A stretch of DNA of 64,000 nt, from assembly GCF_030684315.1 (NCBI RefSeq), contig NC_081396.1, forward strand, positions 1,240,001 through 1,304,000. Reading direction: 5' to 3'. Position 1 is the stretch's first letter; the number at the start of each line of letters is the position of its first letter. The position numbers and the translations under genes were made by a program. A model generated the notes under the pieces. It was not told where the DNA came from. It saw only the letters and a list, made by a program, of their open reading frames with translations, and made no database searches. The DNA is from Stegostoma tigrinum (taxonomy: Eukaryota). This document shows positions 38,351 to 50,265 of this stretch, piece after piece.

Positions 38351-40301
38351 GCTTCTTGTAAGATTTTGAAGATCGCTGGAGATCATTAATATCGTTAGCA
38401 GTTAAGGTTGATAAATTATTCCTGTATAGGCTGAGCATTCTGAGAGAAGTGAGCACAGTCACTAATGACTGATCAGCAGATTGAGGAAGAACAAGGGAAA
38501 AGGAAAGATAAGCCCCAGGCATTACGTCACTCTAGTGTTTCCATTCTTCTGTACACCTCTAACAAAAACAAGAAATAGGAGAGAGGCCCTTAGGGAGACT
38601 GTTCAGAAGATTTTTGCAGTCTCGAGAAAATTTGGTATTCATATAAAGATTGCATTGCAATTCATGGAACCGGACAGTGCAGCTAGTTTCAAGAAGTGCG
38701 GACTTGGATGAAATCTGGTCATCAGTGAGTAAGACAAACAAGGTAACGTCAAGGTAAAGTTATTTTATTTGTCTTATTATGAAGGTGTAAAGATGGCAGG
38801 TAGGACAAGGGTACGCTGCCCCTGCCATATGTGGGACATCATGGATCCGTTAGGTGTCTCTGATGTAATGCTGACAGGAGGTGTAACTGGCTGCAGCACC
38901 TCACAGATCATTTATTTTCGTTTGCAGAAGCAGCTGGGCACACTGATGAGCATACAGCGAGGAGACAGTGTGGTCGACACTTGTTACAGGGAGGTGGCCC
39001 CACCACATGTTCAGTCAAGTAGACGGGTGACTGACAAGGGAGGTGAGCAGGTAGTGTAGGACTCTCCAGTGGCTATTTCCCTGGCTAAGTACATACCGCT
39101 TTAGATTTTGGTGGTGGGGTGGATAACCTCTCAGGAGATGATAACAGCAGTAGTCAGGCCTGTGACACCACAACCAGTTTTGTTTCTAGTGAAGGGCAGT
39201 GCAAGATCCAAGCAACTGGTAGTGGTCAGAGGCTAAATAATTAGAGACTCAGACAGGCATTTTTGTGGTTATGTCTGAGTCTGCAGGATGCAGTGTTGCC
39301 TGCTGGGTGCCAGGGTCAATGACGTTTCTGAATGGTTGCAATACATTCTTCAGGGGCAGGGTGAGCAGTCAGAAATCGTGGTGCACCTTGGTACAAATGA
39401 TATAAAGAGAAAAATCAATGGACTATGTTCTGTTGAATGAGTGAAGGAAATTAAGAAAGAGGCTGTAATGCAGGACCTCAATGGCAGTAATCCCAGGGTT
39501 ACTACCAGTACTGTGTCCTAGTGTGACAAGGAGTCAGTAGATAGAACAGATGAATGCATGGAACAAGAAATGTTGCAGGCAAACTGGTTTCAGGTTCATG
39601 GATCTGTGGGATCTCCTCTGGGGAAGCGGTGACCTGTACGAGAGGGATGCATTATATCTACACTGGAGACGAAGAAATACACGCGCTGGGATGTTCTTCA
39701 GTACTACTGAGTATAGTTTGAACCATAGTGACAGATGTTTAGGAATCAAAGCATCAGGTCTTCGAGTGGAGGTACTGAGGTGAAGACAGATGTTTTGAAC
39801 ATTAACTCAGAAAGAAAGCAAGGCTGAGGAGTAATTGAAGACGATGGTAATAATGGGCTGAAGTGTGTTTATTTCAGTACATTGTGTTTTACAGGTAAAG
39901 TGAATGATCTTAGAGACTTTATCAGTACATGGGGTTAAGGTATTGTGTCTTTACAGAAAGTTGGTTGAGAGAGAGGCAGGCGTGACTGCTCAAAGTTCCA
40001 GGGTTTCGTTGTTTTTGACAACATAGAGAGGAATGCAAAAGAGATGGAGGAGTTACATGACTAACACGAAGAATGTCACATCTGTATTCAGAGATGACAT
40101 GCCAGAGGACTCATCCACTGTGGCAATTTAGGTAGAGCTCAAAAACAAGATGGGTACAAACACTCTGATAAGATTATTCTATAAGTGCTCCGAGAGCCAC
40201 TGAGATATTGTGGAACAAATGTGTAGGCAGATTATGGAAATGTGAATTAAAACAGAGTTGTCATCGTGGGTGACTTTAACATCATCAATTCAGACTGGAT
40301 C

Positions 40302-41640
40302 TACCTTGGAGCAAGAGACAGTAGGAACTGCTGATGCTGGAGAATCTTATATAAGACGGTTTGAGGCTGGATGAACACAACAGGCCAAGCAGCATCAGAG
40401 GAGCAGGAAAGCTTGACGTTTCGAGTTGGGACCTTCTCCAAAAATGGGAGAGGGGAAGGGGATTCTGAAATAAATAGAGAGGCGGGGGAGGCGGATAGAA
40501 GATGGATAAAGGAGAAGGCAGGGTGAAAGGAGACAGACAGGTCAAAGAGGCGAGGTTAGAGACAATGAAGGTTATCAGTTTCCATTTGGATGCCAGAGAT
40601 GTAGACACTGGAACTCTCTGTCTCCATCTCTGGCATCCACCTGGGAACCAATATCCATTTTAAGCCTACCGACTCCCATAACTACTTAGAATATTCCTCC
40701 TCTCACGCACCGTCCTGTAAAAATGCCATCCCCTATTCCGAATTCCTTCACCTCCGCCGCATCTGCTCCCGAGATGAGGTATTCCACTCCTGAACATCCC
40801 AGATGTCCGCTTTTTTCAAAAACCGCAACTTCCCCTCCACAGTGATCAAAATGCCCTCGAATATGTCTCCCACATTTCCTGCAACTCATCCCTCACACAC
40901 GCAATAACAACCTGCAATAACAACCAAAACTGAATCCCCCTTGTCCTCACATACAACCCCACCAACCTCCAATTCCAATAGATCATCCTCCGACACGTGC
41001 GCATCTGCAATCCAACCGCTTTGTGGAACTCCGATGCTCAGTTCGCAACGACTAAACCTTCCAATCGCGAACCATTTCAACTCCCCCAACTCCTTGGACA
41101 ACATGTTCATCCTGGGCTTTCTGCATTGCCACAATGACGTCACCCAAAACATGCAGGAACAACATCTCGTATTTCGTTTGAGAGGTCTGCAGCCAAAGGG
41201 TATCAATGTGGACTTTACAAGCTACAAAATCTCCCCTACCCCCGACCACATCCCAAAACCAGTCCAGTTAGTCCCCACCTCCCTACCCATTCTTCCCACT
41301 TCAAGGCCCAACCCATCCCCTAGCCACTAATCTCATCCCGCCCCCCCGCGACCTGCCCATTCTCTCTGGACTGACCTATCCCCCCCAACTCCCCACCTAC
41401 ATTCACCTTTACTGGCTCTAACACCGCCTCTTTGACCTGTATGTCTCCTCTCACCCTATCTTCTCCTTTATCCATCTTCTATCAGCATCTCCCTGTCTCC
41501 TTAACTATTTCAGAATCCCCTTCACCTCCACTATTTCTGAAGAAGGCTCCAGATCCGAAACGTCAAGCTTTCCTGCTCCTCTGATGCTGCTTGACCTGCT
41601 GTGTTCATCCAAACCCACACCGTGTTACCTTGGAGCAAGA
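40302..41640 (+). mobile_element. Penelope-like element with inverted 5' pLTR and 15-bp target-site duplication
   Basis: TACCTTGGAGCAAGA at 40302-40316 and 41626-41640; about 40320-40570 is the inverted counterpart of about 41400-41625; internal CKNAIPYSEFLHLRRIC and LPIANHFNS..EQHLVFRL. Confidence 0.88.
41534..41567 (+). ncRNA. Minimal type I hammerhead ribozyme motif in the Penelope pLTR
   Basis: CTGAAGA (41537-41543), short stem II, GAAAC (41557-41561), GTC (41562-41564). Confidence 0.55.
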
Positions 41641-44600
41641 TGATTAGGCAGGGTCAAATGTATTACATGGATCTAAAAGGGTTTAGTGAAAAAGTATGCA
41701 TATTGTATAAATAGAGAAGAGGTCATACTAGACTTTGCATTGGCTGATGAACTTGGCGAGATGACTGAGCATTCAGTGGGAGAGCATGTCTGAAATAATG
41801 ATCACATCTTATTAATTTCTCAGATAGCAATGAGCAAGGATAATTTAGGGGCTTTCAGGGAGGTAATAAGCCAATTGAGGGCAAATTACGACATTAATAG
41901 ACGAGATTTAGGGAGTTTCAATTCGGAGGAAATGTTATCAGATATGCCCAATGTTGACAGATGGCGTCTGGTGAGAATTCAATACTGGAATGTTGCAGTA
42001 AGAAGGAAGGACAAGGATGGCAAGGTAAGGGACCCTTGGATAACGGGAGATATTGTGACTTTAGTCTAAAGGAGAAACAAAAAGAACAGCATGCAAATTT
42101 TAGAAAGCTGAATTTGGACAGGACCAATGAGGAATATCAGGAAAGCAGCAAGGTTCTCAAGCAGGACATTATGAGAACATGAAGGGTAAACCGTTTGAAA
42201 GAGAATCTGAAGGCATTCTATACATACAATAACAACGAGAGATAACTGGGGAGAAGGTGGAACCAGCTTTCCTGGCCCTCTGATGCTGCTTGGCCTGCTG
42301 TGTTCATCCAGTTCTACACCTTGTTATCTCAGAAGGTAGAACCACTCAGAGATAAAGAATAACTTGCACTTGGAAACAGGGGATATGGGTGAGATCCTAA
42401 ATAAGAAATTTGGATTGATATTCGCTGAGGAAAACGATTTGGAGGACAGTGACACTTCTATTATGCTAGGGTATTGTGCGGTGAAGAAAGAAGTGACATT
42501 AAATTCTTGAAGAGCATTAAGTTGGATAAGTCCTTGGAGACAGATGGGTTCTACCCCAACTTATTGAGAGAGAGAGGAGAATGCTGCGGTCTTTGTCTTT
42601 GTATCCTCGCGAGCAACTGAAGAAGTATGGGAGCACTGGTGAGAAGATTTTTTTTCTATTAATGAAGGGAAATAGGGATGATGCAGGAAATAATAGGTCA
42701 ATGAGTTTCACATCGGTGGTTGGGAACGAAATGGGGAGAATATTTTGGAATATGATTTACATACATTTATAAAAGCATGATCTAATCAGGGACAGTCAGC
42801 ATAGCTTTGTGCAGTACAGGTCGTGGCTCACTGATGTGATTTTTTTCAACGAGCTAACGAAAGAGATCAATGATGGTAGACCAGTGGGTGCTGTTCACAT
42901 ACATTTTAGAAAGGCGTTCGATAAGGTCCCTCATTGCCTACTCATCAAGAAGGTTGAGATGCATGGAATCGACGGTGACTTGACTGCTTAGATACAGAAA
43001 AGTCTTGTCCAATGAAGGCAAAGAGTAGCAGTGGAATAGTGTGTTTGGGTCGAGGTCTCGACTTGAGGTGTTCCACTAGTCTTCAGCTGTTTTTGATATA
43101 TGTAAATGACTAGATGAAAATGTAGATGGTTTCGTTAGTGAGGTTGCAGACGATGAAAAGATCTGTGGAAGTGTGGGTAGTACAGAAGTGGTCAAAGGAT
43201 ACAGCGGGATATTGGTCAGTTGCAAATATGAGTAGAGAAATGACAGTTCGAGTTTTATCCGTGTAAGTGAGAGCTTCTGCATTTTGGGAGATTAAATGAT
43301 AAAGAAAAGCATGCAATTTATATCAAGACCAAAAAGAATTGACAGTCAGAAAGAACTTGACGGTCAAGTCTGTAGGCCTCTGAAAGTCGCCATCCAATTA
43401 GCTACTGTGGTAAAGAAGATGTATGGCATGCTGGCCTAAATTGGTCAGGGAATTAAGTACAAGAGCAAGAATGTTATGTTGCAGCTTTGTAAGGCATTGA
43501 TTAGGTCACACTTGGAGTATGGAATTGAATTCTGATCGCTGCATTACAGGAAGGATGTGACGTTTTTGTAGCGGCTGCATAAGTGGTTGAACAGAATTCT
43601 GTCCTGATTAGAAGGTAAGAACGATAAGGAAAGGCTTCAAAAAACCCATATTGTTTTCTCAAGCGGGGTCTCTGAGGGGAAACTTGATAGACGTTTATAA
43701 AATTATGAAATGCATAGATAAGACTGACAGTCAAAATCTTACTTTTTGTTGAGTTGAAATGTTGAATCCTAAGGTGAGAGGGGGAAAATTGATAGGAAGC
43801 GTGAGGGGCTGTTTGTTCTTTACACAGGGAATGAAAGTATTTTGAAGCATACTACCAAGGGTGTAGTGGAGGCCGATTCAGTAAGGGCATTTCAGGAACT
43901 TTTAGATTATCACATAAATAAACAAGGAATGGAGAGATATGTACAAAGGACAGGCAGGAAGGAGTAATTTCATTTATTGTTATGTTTTAAACAACGAAGG
44001 ACCCGTTTTCTGTCCTATACATTCCAAACTTCTATCTCATATTCATGAATGCGGCAGACAGATTTTCATTCTGAAAGTGAATTGAAGTTTATGTGATCGG
44101 ACAGGAAAGTGGAATTGATGCTTGTTTTATCATTAATCTCATTGAGTGGTGAGTGGACTCGAAAGGCTGAAAGAACAAAATAGACTCTTATGTTTTTGGA
44201 CCTTGGCCTTACAAAACAGGGGAAAACTGCATGAGTCACCTGATATAATCTTCACCCAAGTGTTTTCACGTATCGCAAAGAAACACACATCCTATAACGT
44301 ATGGATCTTTCAACTTCCTGCAGGCCAGATCTAAATTCACGGAAAGTCAGAGTTGATCATTTAGGTCAGCGCTGAGAGAGAGGTCGACAGCTTCCGGTCC
44401 CCGCTGAGTGGAGTTATGCTGGTTTTAAGGCGATGTCAGTCTTGTTGAATCGTGGCGTCACATATCAGGAAGCTCCTGATATTCCTCCCTCGCTGCTCAC
44501 GTTCAATGTTGCAGCTCCCTCACAGCTTATCTTTGTGTTCACATGTTGGAGGCAACCATTTGTAGATGCCGCACTGTAACTGGCGTGGAGCTGAGTTGGA

Positions 44601-44684
44601 AATAAAGGAGCGCTGACTTCTCAAGGAGCCTCTCCCAGCATGAATCTACAGGCACTTGCATTACACAAAACAACAGGATCCGAC

Positions 44685-45202
44685 ATGGAATTGAGAGTTA
44701 CTTTTCTCCTCATCTCACTAAATTTCTTATTTTTCCCTTTTGGTGAGTGTGGCTGATAATTCTGTCAGAAATATTTAACGTGACATGTTGATACGTTCTG
44801 TTAGATCGGTATTTCTGCATTTTTGATTCATTTTACTTTGTACTTCATTGCATTGCATTGCGTTGTATTAAACTCATTTATACAATATTAAATTTAAGTT
44901 ATTTCTGTTTTTCTGCATACTCTCCGAAGCTTCTTCTAACAGCAATGAGGTGTCTCAATCTTCACAGCCAGTGGTCATTATCGAGGGAAAGACTGCCGTC
45001 TTCGCTTGTTCCACCACAGTAGCAGGGCGGGTACCACAGTGGTACAGTCAGTACCCGAACGGACACTTGAAGCATCTGGTGAGCGATGCCAGCGATCGGG
45101 GCAAGATCAAGGCTCGGTTCAATTCGACAGAGAAGACCAGCGCTTTGACTGTTCATGACGCTCGAATGATAGACAGTGCCACATATTTCTGTGCAGTAGA
45201 GA
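44685..45202 (+). CDS. TRAV: T-cell receptor alpha-type V segment V3 (leader 44685-44742, intron 44743-44929, V exon 44930-45202), open frame
   Basis: Leader MELRVTFLLISLNFLFFPF with GTGAGT donor; in-frame acceptor ctccgaag; ASSNSNEVSQSSQPVVIIEGKTAVFACSTTVAGRVPQWYSQYPNGHLKHLVSDASDRGKIKARFNSTEKTSALTVHDARMIDSATYFCAVE. Confidence 0.92.
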
Positions 45203-45241
45203 CACAGTGTAACGAAGATCGATGAGAACCGTACCAAAACC
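45203..45241 (+). other. 23-RSS of V3
   Basis: CACAGTG (45203-45209), 23 nt, ACCAAAACC (45233-45241). Confidence 0.93.
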
Positions 45242-46979
45242 TGCTCAGCGCAACACTCACAGTTTATACTCTGTGCAGTTGTCAAACTGCTGAGTGTTTT
45301 GCAACAATATTCCTCAGTTCCGTATAAGTTGACGCTGACCTGATCTGGGTTTGCACCTTAATATCAGACACGAAGGTGATATATATTTTTTTTAAAATTA
45401 AGCATTTTCTTTTACAGTAGAAAACTAATAGGACATGGCATCAGTGATCTTTTCCAAATATTGCCATGTTGTTGCTGAAGGTTTATATCTCAGATATTGC
45501 AAGCAATCCCCATATTCATAGGAGTTCAAAGCTCTAGGGTAAGAGTGTGTATAACCATGCAAGATTTAAACGCTTTCCCTGCTTCTGTCAGGCGCCAACA
45601 TTTTGGGTCTGATATTTTTCAAATTGACCACGACGAGGCATTCAGTTATGTCCCAAGACTTGTGAGTCGTTATTCATTGGAGCAAGGTCAGAAGTATAAG
45701 TATTCAATGTATAAACTTGTCAATATTTACAAAAAGACAGCAGGTGACAGAAACTGTTGTCTGTCTCCTTGAAGCAAAACACCTAAATGACATATTTGAT
45801 TGAGATGCTAAAATGATCAGTGGCAAAGGGCGGTCGCAATTCATTATTACCAACACTACAAAAAGTAATATCAATGAAAAATACAATACAGAAGCCGTCT
45901 CTTCGGCCCGCCAAGTCGGCACAGACACATGTTACCTTTCCTAACTTAAATGGCCTTCTCCTACAGAACGATATCCCAAACACACCTATAAAAGGTGTGA
46001 AATGCTAGTTACAATTAAATTGCAGTCTTTTGAAGAACTGAGATGTACAGGCAGAATAATATTTACTTCTACTTGTTAAAAACATGGTTAGGTGAAAGTA
46101 CTGGACTGTTTAGCCAATACAAATAGTGGGCAAAGTGTGACATTAAATAGCTCATTCAAAGGCATGTTGAAAAATGTGACCCATTCAATGCCTGAAAAAA
46201 TCATGTTCTGGGTTTGTGAAGCGTTTTCTACTTTTCTTTTAAAATGTCAAACTCGTTGAACAAAGAGCAGGTGCAGAAAGGTCGCAGAGTTCTGACTGAA
46301 TACCCAACCGTCGCTAATGCTGCACCATCAGCTCTAAGAGCAACTGTGAGCCACAGCACATTTCGCTTAATTTGAGTCTGTGGTTTCCACGGGTTCCATA
46401 GCTTCTGTTCGTTGTTCTTCTGACCCAATTGTATACTTGCATGATTGCAGCATAAAAATTAGGATATTTTGGCAAAAATATATGTGTCAAGATTTTAACA
46501 CCTTCCCTCCCTGTTACTAAAGAAAGATACACTGGTACTTGAAGGAATCCAGAAAATTTCACATCGGTTGTTTGCAACAATTGAGGTTTTTTTTTGAGGA
46601 GAATTTGAATAGATTACACTTGTGCTCATTGGAGTTGAGAAGAATGACAGGCAATCTTATTGACACATACCTTTCTCAGACACCTTGTATGGGGCATGCT
46701 GAACAGTTTCCCTGTGAGACAGTGTAGGAAAAGAATACATTATCTCAATGCAAGGATTTCAGACAGAGATAAGGAGGAAACTTTCCCTCAGAGCGCAGTG
46801 TATTTATGGAATTAATACACAGGCTGAAATACACAGTATTTGAATCAGTAAAGGATTCGAGCTTCATGGAATATTGCAGAAAGTTGGAATTGAGTATTGT
46901 CAGAACTAATCATGACCTCATCCCAGCGAAGACTGTACTGATGAATGCTTATTTCTGCTCCTACATGTTATTGTCCTGG

Positions 46980-47215
46980 ATTTGAGTTTGCTCGCTGAGC
47001 TGGAAGGTTAGTTTTCAGACGTTTCGTCACCATTCTAGGTAACAGCATCAGTGAGCCTCCGACGAAGTGCTGATGTTATGCCCTGCTTTCTATTTATCTG
47101 GTTAGGTTTCCTTGGGTTGGTAATATCATTTCCTGTTCTTTTTGTCAGGGGATGGATGATTGGCTCCAAATCAATGTGTTTGTTGATGGAGTTCTGGTTA
47201 GAATGCCATGCTTCT
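46980..47215 (-). mobile_element. 3' end of a second Penelope-like family with a hammerhead motif
   Basis: Minus strand EAWHSNQNSINKHIDLEPI-like C-terminus, then tca-CTGATGC-tgttacc tagaat ggtgac-GAAAC-GTC-tga (47054-47015). Confidence 0.7.
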
Positions 47216-47768
47216 GGTTACTGTCCCATGGAAGCATTTACAGCTCTGGAGAAGACGGTAGTCGACTGTCTTTCTAAACTGCTGCTGCTGTCCATACACT
47301 GCACATGCAGCTACAGTGTTATGAAGAAAGCCATTTCCAGGACGTCCAGAAAACGACTTTGAAGAAGTAAGCCATATTTACAATTCAATATGGTCTTTCC
47401 CTTGAAAACAATTATGGTGTGTTTGTATTATCATATCTCCTGCATCCTCGTACACAAAAAAATAGGCACACATCTCACGGGTTTGCAAAGGACTGGGAGA
47501 GAAATGAATGTCTTTCGGACAGCGTACAAAATAAAAGAAGTGTATAACTTGAAAGTCTAAAAAAAATGCAAATGCTGAACTCTGTTAAGATTTCATGAGA
47601 GGTCGTCATCGGGAATCTGAAGAGCACAAAATTATTGAATTAATTTGAAGATAATTAATGACAGAGAACATGGATAAATGTTCTGTTTATATTTGTTGCC
47701 TAATTATCTTGAAAATGTTTGATGAAGTAGTGAACAGATAGACCATTAGAATTCTGAATAACTACGGG

Positions 47769-47770
<2 letters not shown>

Positions 47771-47834
<64 letters not shown>
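47771..47834. repeat. (CA)n microsatellite, about 32 units
   Basis: Direct inspection. Confidence 0.97.
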
Positions 47835-47837
<3 letters not shown>

Positions 47838-48289
47838 CGTTCATAAAGGTATCCATGGCCTTAATTGACTGCACATGTCACAAGATTCTGCTGTTTTGGC
47901 TTTAACAATCAATCTAGTCTCTGAGAAGTCGTTGATCTCAGTACAAATGTTTTATTTACTTGGGTGTGCTGAGAAATGAGAAAACAAAAGCTCAAAATTC
48001 GTCTAAAACTGTAATGGAAAACAATAACAAGTTAACATTTTACAACTAAAATTTAATAATTGTTAACAATTGTATCACTATTGCCTGTCTGCAATTCAAC
48101 ACAAGCATACGAAACACTCTACAAGGAAGTAGAAAAAAAAAGACTTTTGACAGATTTCCAATGAGTGGAGCTCTGCTTATTCGCAATCATTTCAGGACCA
48201 TCATTGTGCCTGTATCAATATGACAAAAGAAAATTACAGAAAAGAACATGGTGTTGCCTAACATGTTGAACACGTAGGGCCAGGTTTAT

Positions 48290-49880
48290 GAACACAACTG
48301 GACTGGCGGTCTGAGCTATGTTTATTTTGATGCAAGGTATGTAACAGGGAAGATAAATAATCTTAGAGCCTGCATTAGTACATGGTAGCCATTGAAGAAG
48401 CTTGGTTACAAGAAGAGCAACTCAAACTCCTCGGAATTAGATGTGTAAGGCAAGATATGTATAATCAGTAGGAGAGTTGAACTGGTGTTTGAGAAGACTG
48501 TCAGATCCAAGAGATGATGTCTTATAGGGCTTATCCAATGAGACCATACTTAGAATTTAAGTGTAAGAAAAATGCAATCATATGATTTTGTTGTACTACC
48601 AGCATCCGAATAACCAGCGATCAATAGAGGAACAGGCCTTTAAGCAGATTATATGGTGGAGGCGGGGGCGGAGAAATGGAAAAGAAAAACAGTAGCGTTT
48701 TTGTAATGTGCAATTTTAACTTCTGCAACATTGGCAGGAATTGCCCTAATACCAGCGGCTTAGAGGAGGAGAATCTGTGAAGTCTAGATATCGAAGAAGA
48801 TTTCTCGCAGAAATATCTAGAAGATTCAGCTAGGAAAGGGGCTGGAAAGACGTTGCATTCAGAAGTGAGTGCGGCCAGTTGATGAAAGTTTCAGTGGTGG
48901 AACTTTTGGGATCATTAACCTGATGCCGTAAATTGCATGATAATTATGAATGAAGACATGATTGGTCCGACGGCGATCGTGTTGAAGTGTGTGTGGTGGA
49001 AGGGCCTGAGGGGAGGCTAATTACAACAGTATTAGGCACGGAATAGGGACATTAGATTGGAGTCGCTCTTTCAGGGTTACTACTTGTCTAATTTGCCGGA
49101 GTCTTTTCAAGGCCAATTTATCAGCTTTCAGGACCAGCATTTTCCCGTGTTGATGAAAAAAAGAAATGACAAGGTTCCATACCCTTTGTTGACACAGCAC
49201 TTGCAAAGCCCATTCAAAAACAAAAACAAAAAAAAAATCAGACTTAAGTAAGTTTCAGGAAACTGAAATCAAATAAGGCCTTTGACGAGTATGAGGGAAG
49301 CAAAGAAAAGTGTCAAAGCAAGAAAATGGGAGGGCGAGAAGGGGCCATGAAATCCTCTTGCCAATTAAGATTAAGGAGACTGCCAGGCGTATGCAACTTA
49401 TATATTACGAGTACAAGCATAACTATGGAAAGGATAAGTCCACTCAAGGACAAAGGACGAAATCTATGCGTCGAGCTGAAGGAAATTGCTGAACTGCTCA
49501 ACGAGTACTCAGATTTGTTGGTCACCAAGAAGACAGAAATAGATTATCGTAAAATAGAGTGTTATTTTCATATTTTTTCGTACATCAATAATGAGAAGGG
49601 AGATGAGAGGGCGCCTTGAAAGACATTATGGTCAGTAAGACACCAGGAGCTAATGGGAAATATCACATGATAAGGAGGATGCAAGACAGGGCATCTTTGG
49701 GACCTTCTATGAGATCTTTCTCGACTCCTTCAACATAGATGATATAACAGAAGTCTGGAGAATAGGCAACGTGGCTCTTATGTTGAAGAAGGGCAACAAT
49801 AGCGATCTACTGAGTTATAATCCCATGAGCTTTAAGTCAGTGGTAGGGACATTATTTGAATAAAGTATGAAGGGCTAGCA
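48290..49880 (+). mobile_element. Decayed CR1 ORF2 fragment (endonuclease to early RT)
   Basis: LSYVYFDAR-like start, ERISPLKDKGRNLCVE..IAELLNEY, WRIGNVALMLKKG, YNPMSFKSVVG. Confidence 0.75.
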
Positions 49881-50265
49881 CAATGTAGTGCTGTAAATAC
49901 TTGGGAGGGAGATAGAGAATTGAGGATATGTTTTTCGATTTCATCGCAGACCTCAGTATTGTATGTACCTTCAGCTGTTTTCCCGGCTTGGAGGCATAAC
50001 GTCATGGTTCATGAATTTTGGAGAATGACAGCGTTTTCAACCTGCAATTAATCCACATGTATACTAATATCATCTGCTCCAAAGTGCCACTAATGAAAAG
50101 CATAAAGCATTGAATTAATTGTGTTTATTTCCTCAAAGTGGATTCATGCGGCAACTCAACTATTATTCCTCTTGAGACTAACATCTTGAATAAATGAGGG
50201 AAGCATCGACTGTGTGACAGGCTTGGGTTCGCAGTTTTTGGGATTTATTGAGATACTCAAAGAGA

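Larger units (their letters stand above)
38790..44030 (+). mobile_element. Near-full-length decayed CR1 LINE (ORF1 esterase, ORF2 endonuclease and RT) with nested Penelope insertions
   Basis: ORF1 CCLLGARV..HLGTND and GFRFMDLW..LYERDALYL; endonuclease VVIVGDFN; RT HFRKAFDKVPH; 3' end near 44030. Confidence 0.85.

Noticed and set aside
44930-45241. V3 as an IgNAR or NAR-TCR V
   Set aside because: It ends CAVE like TRAV, and no D/J segments or supporting V follow, as a NAR-type cluster would require.
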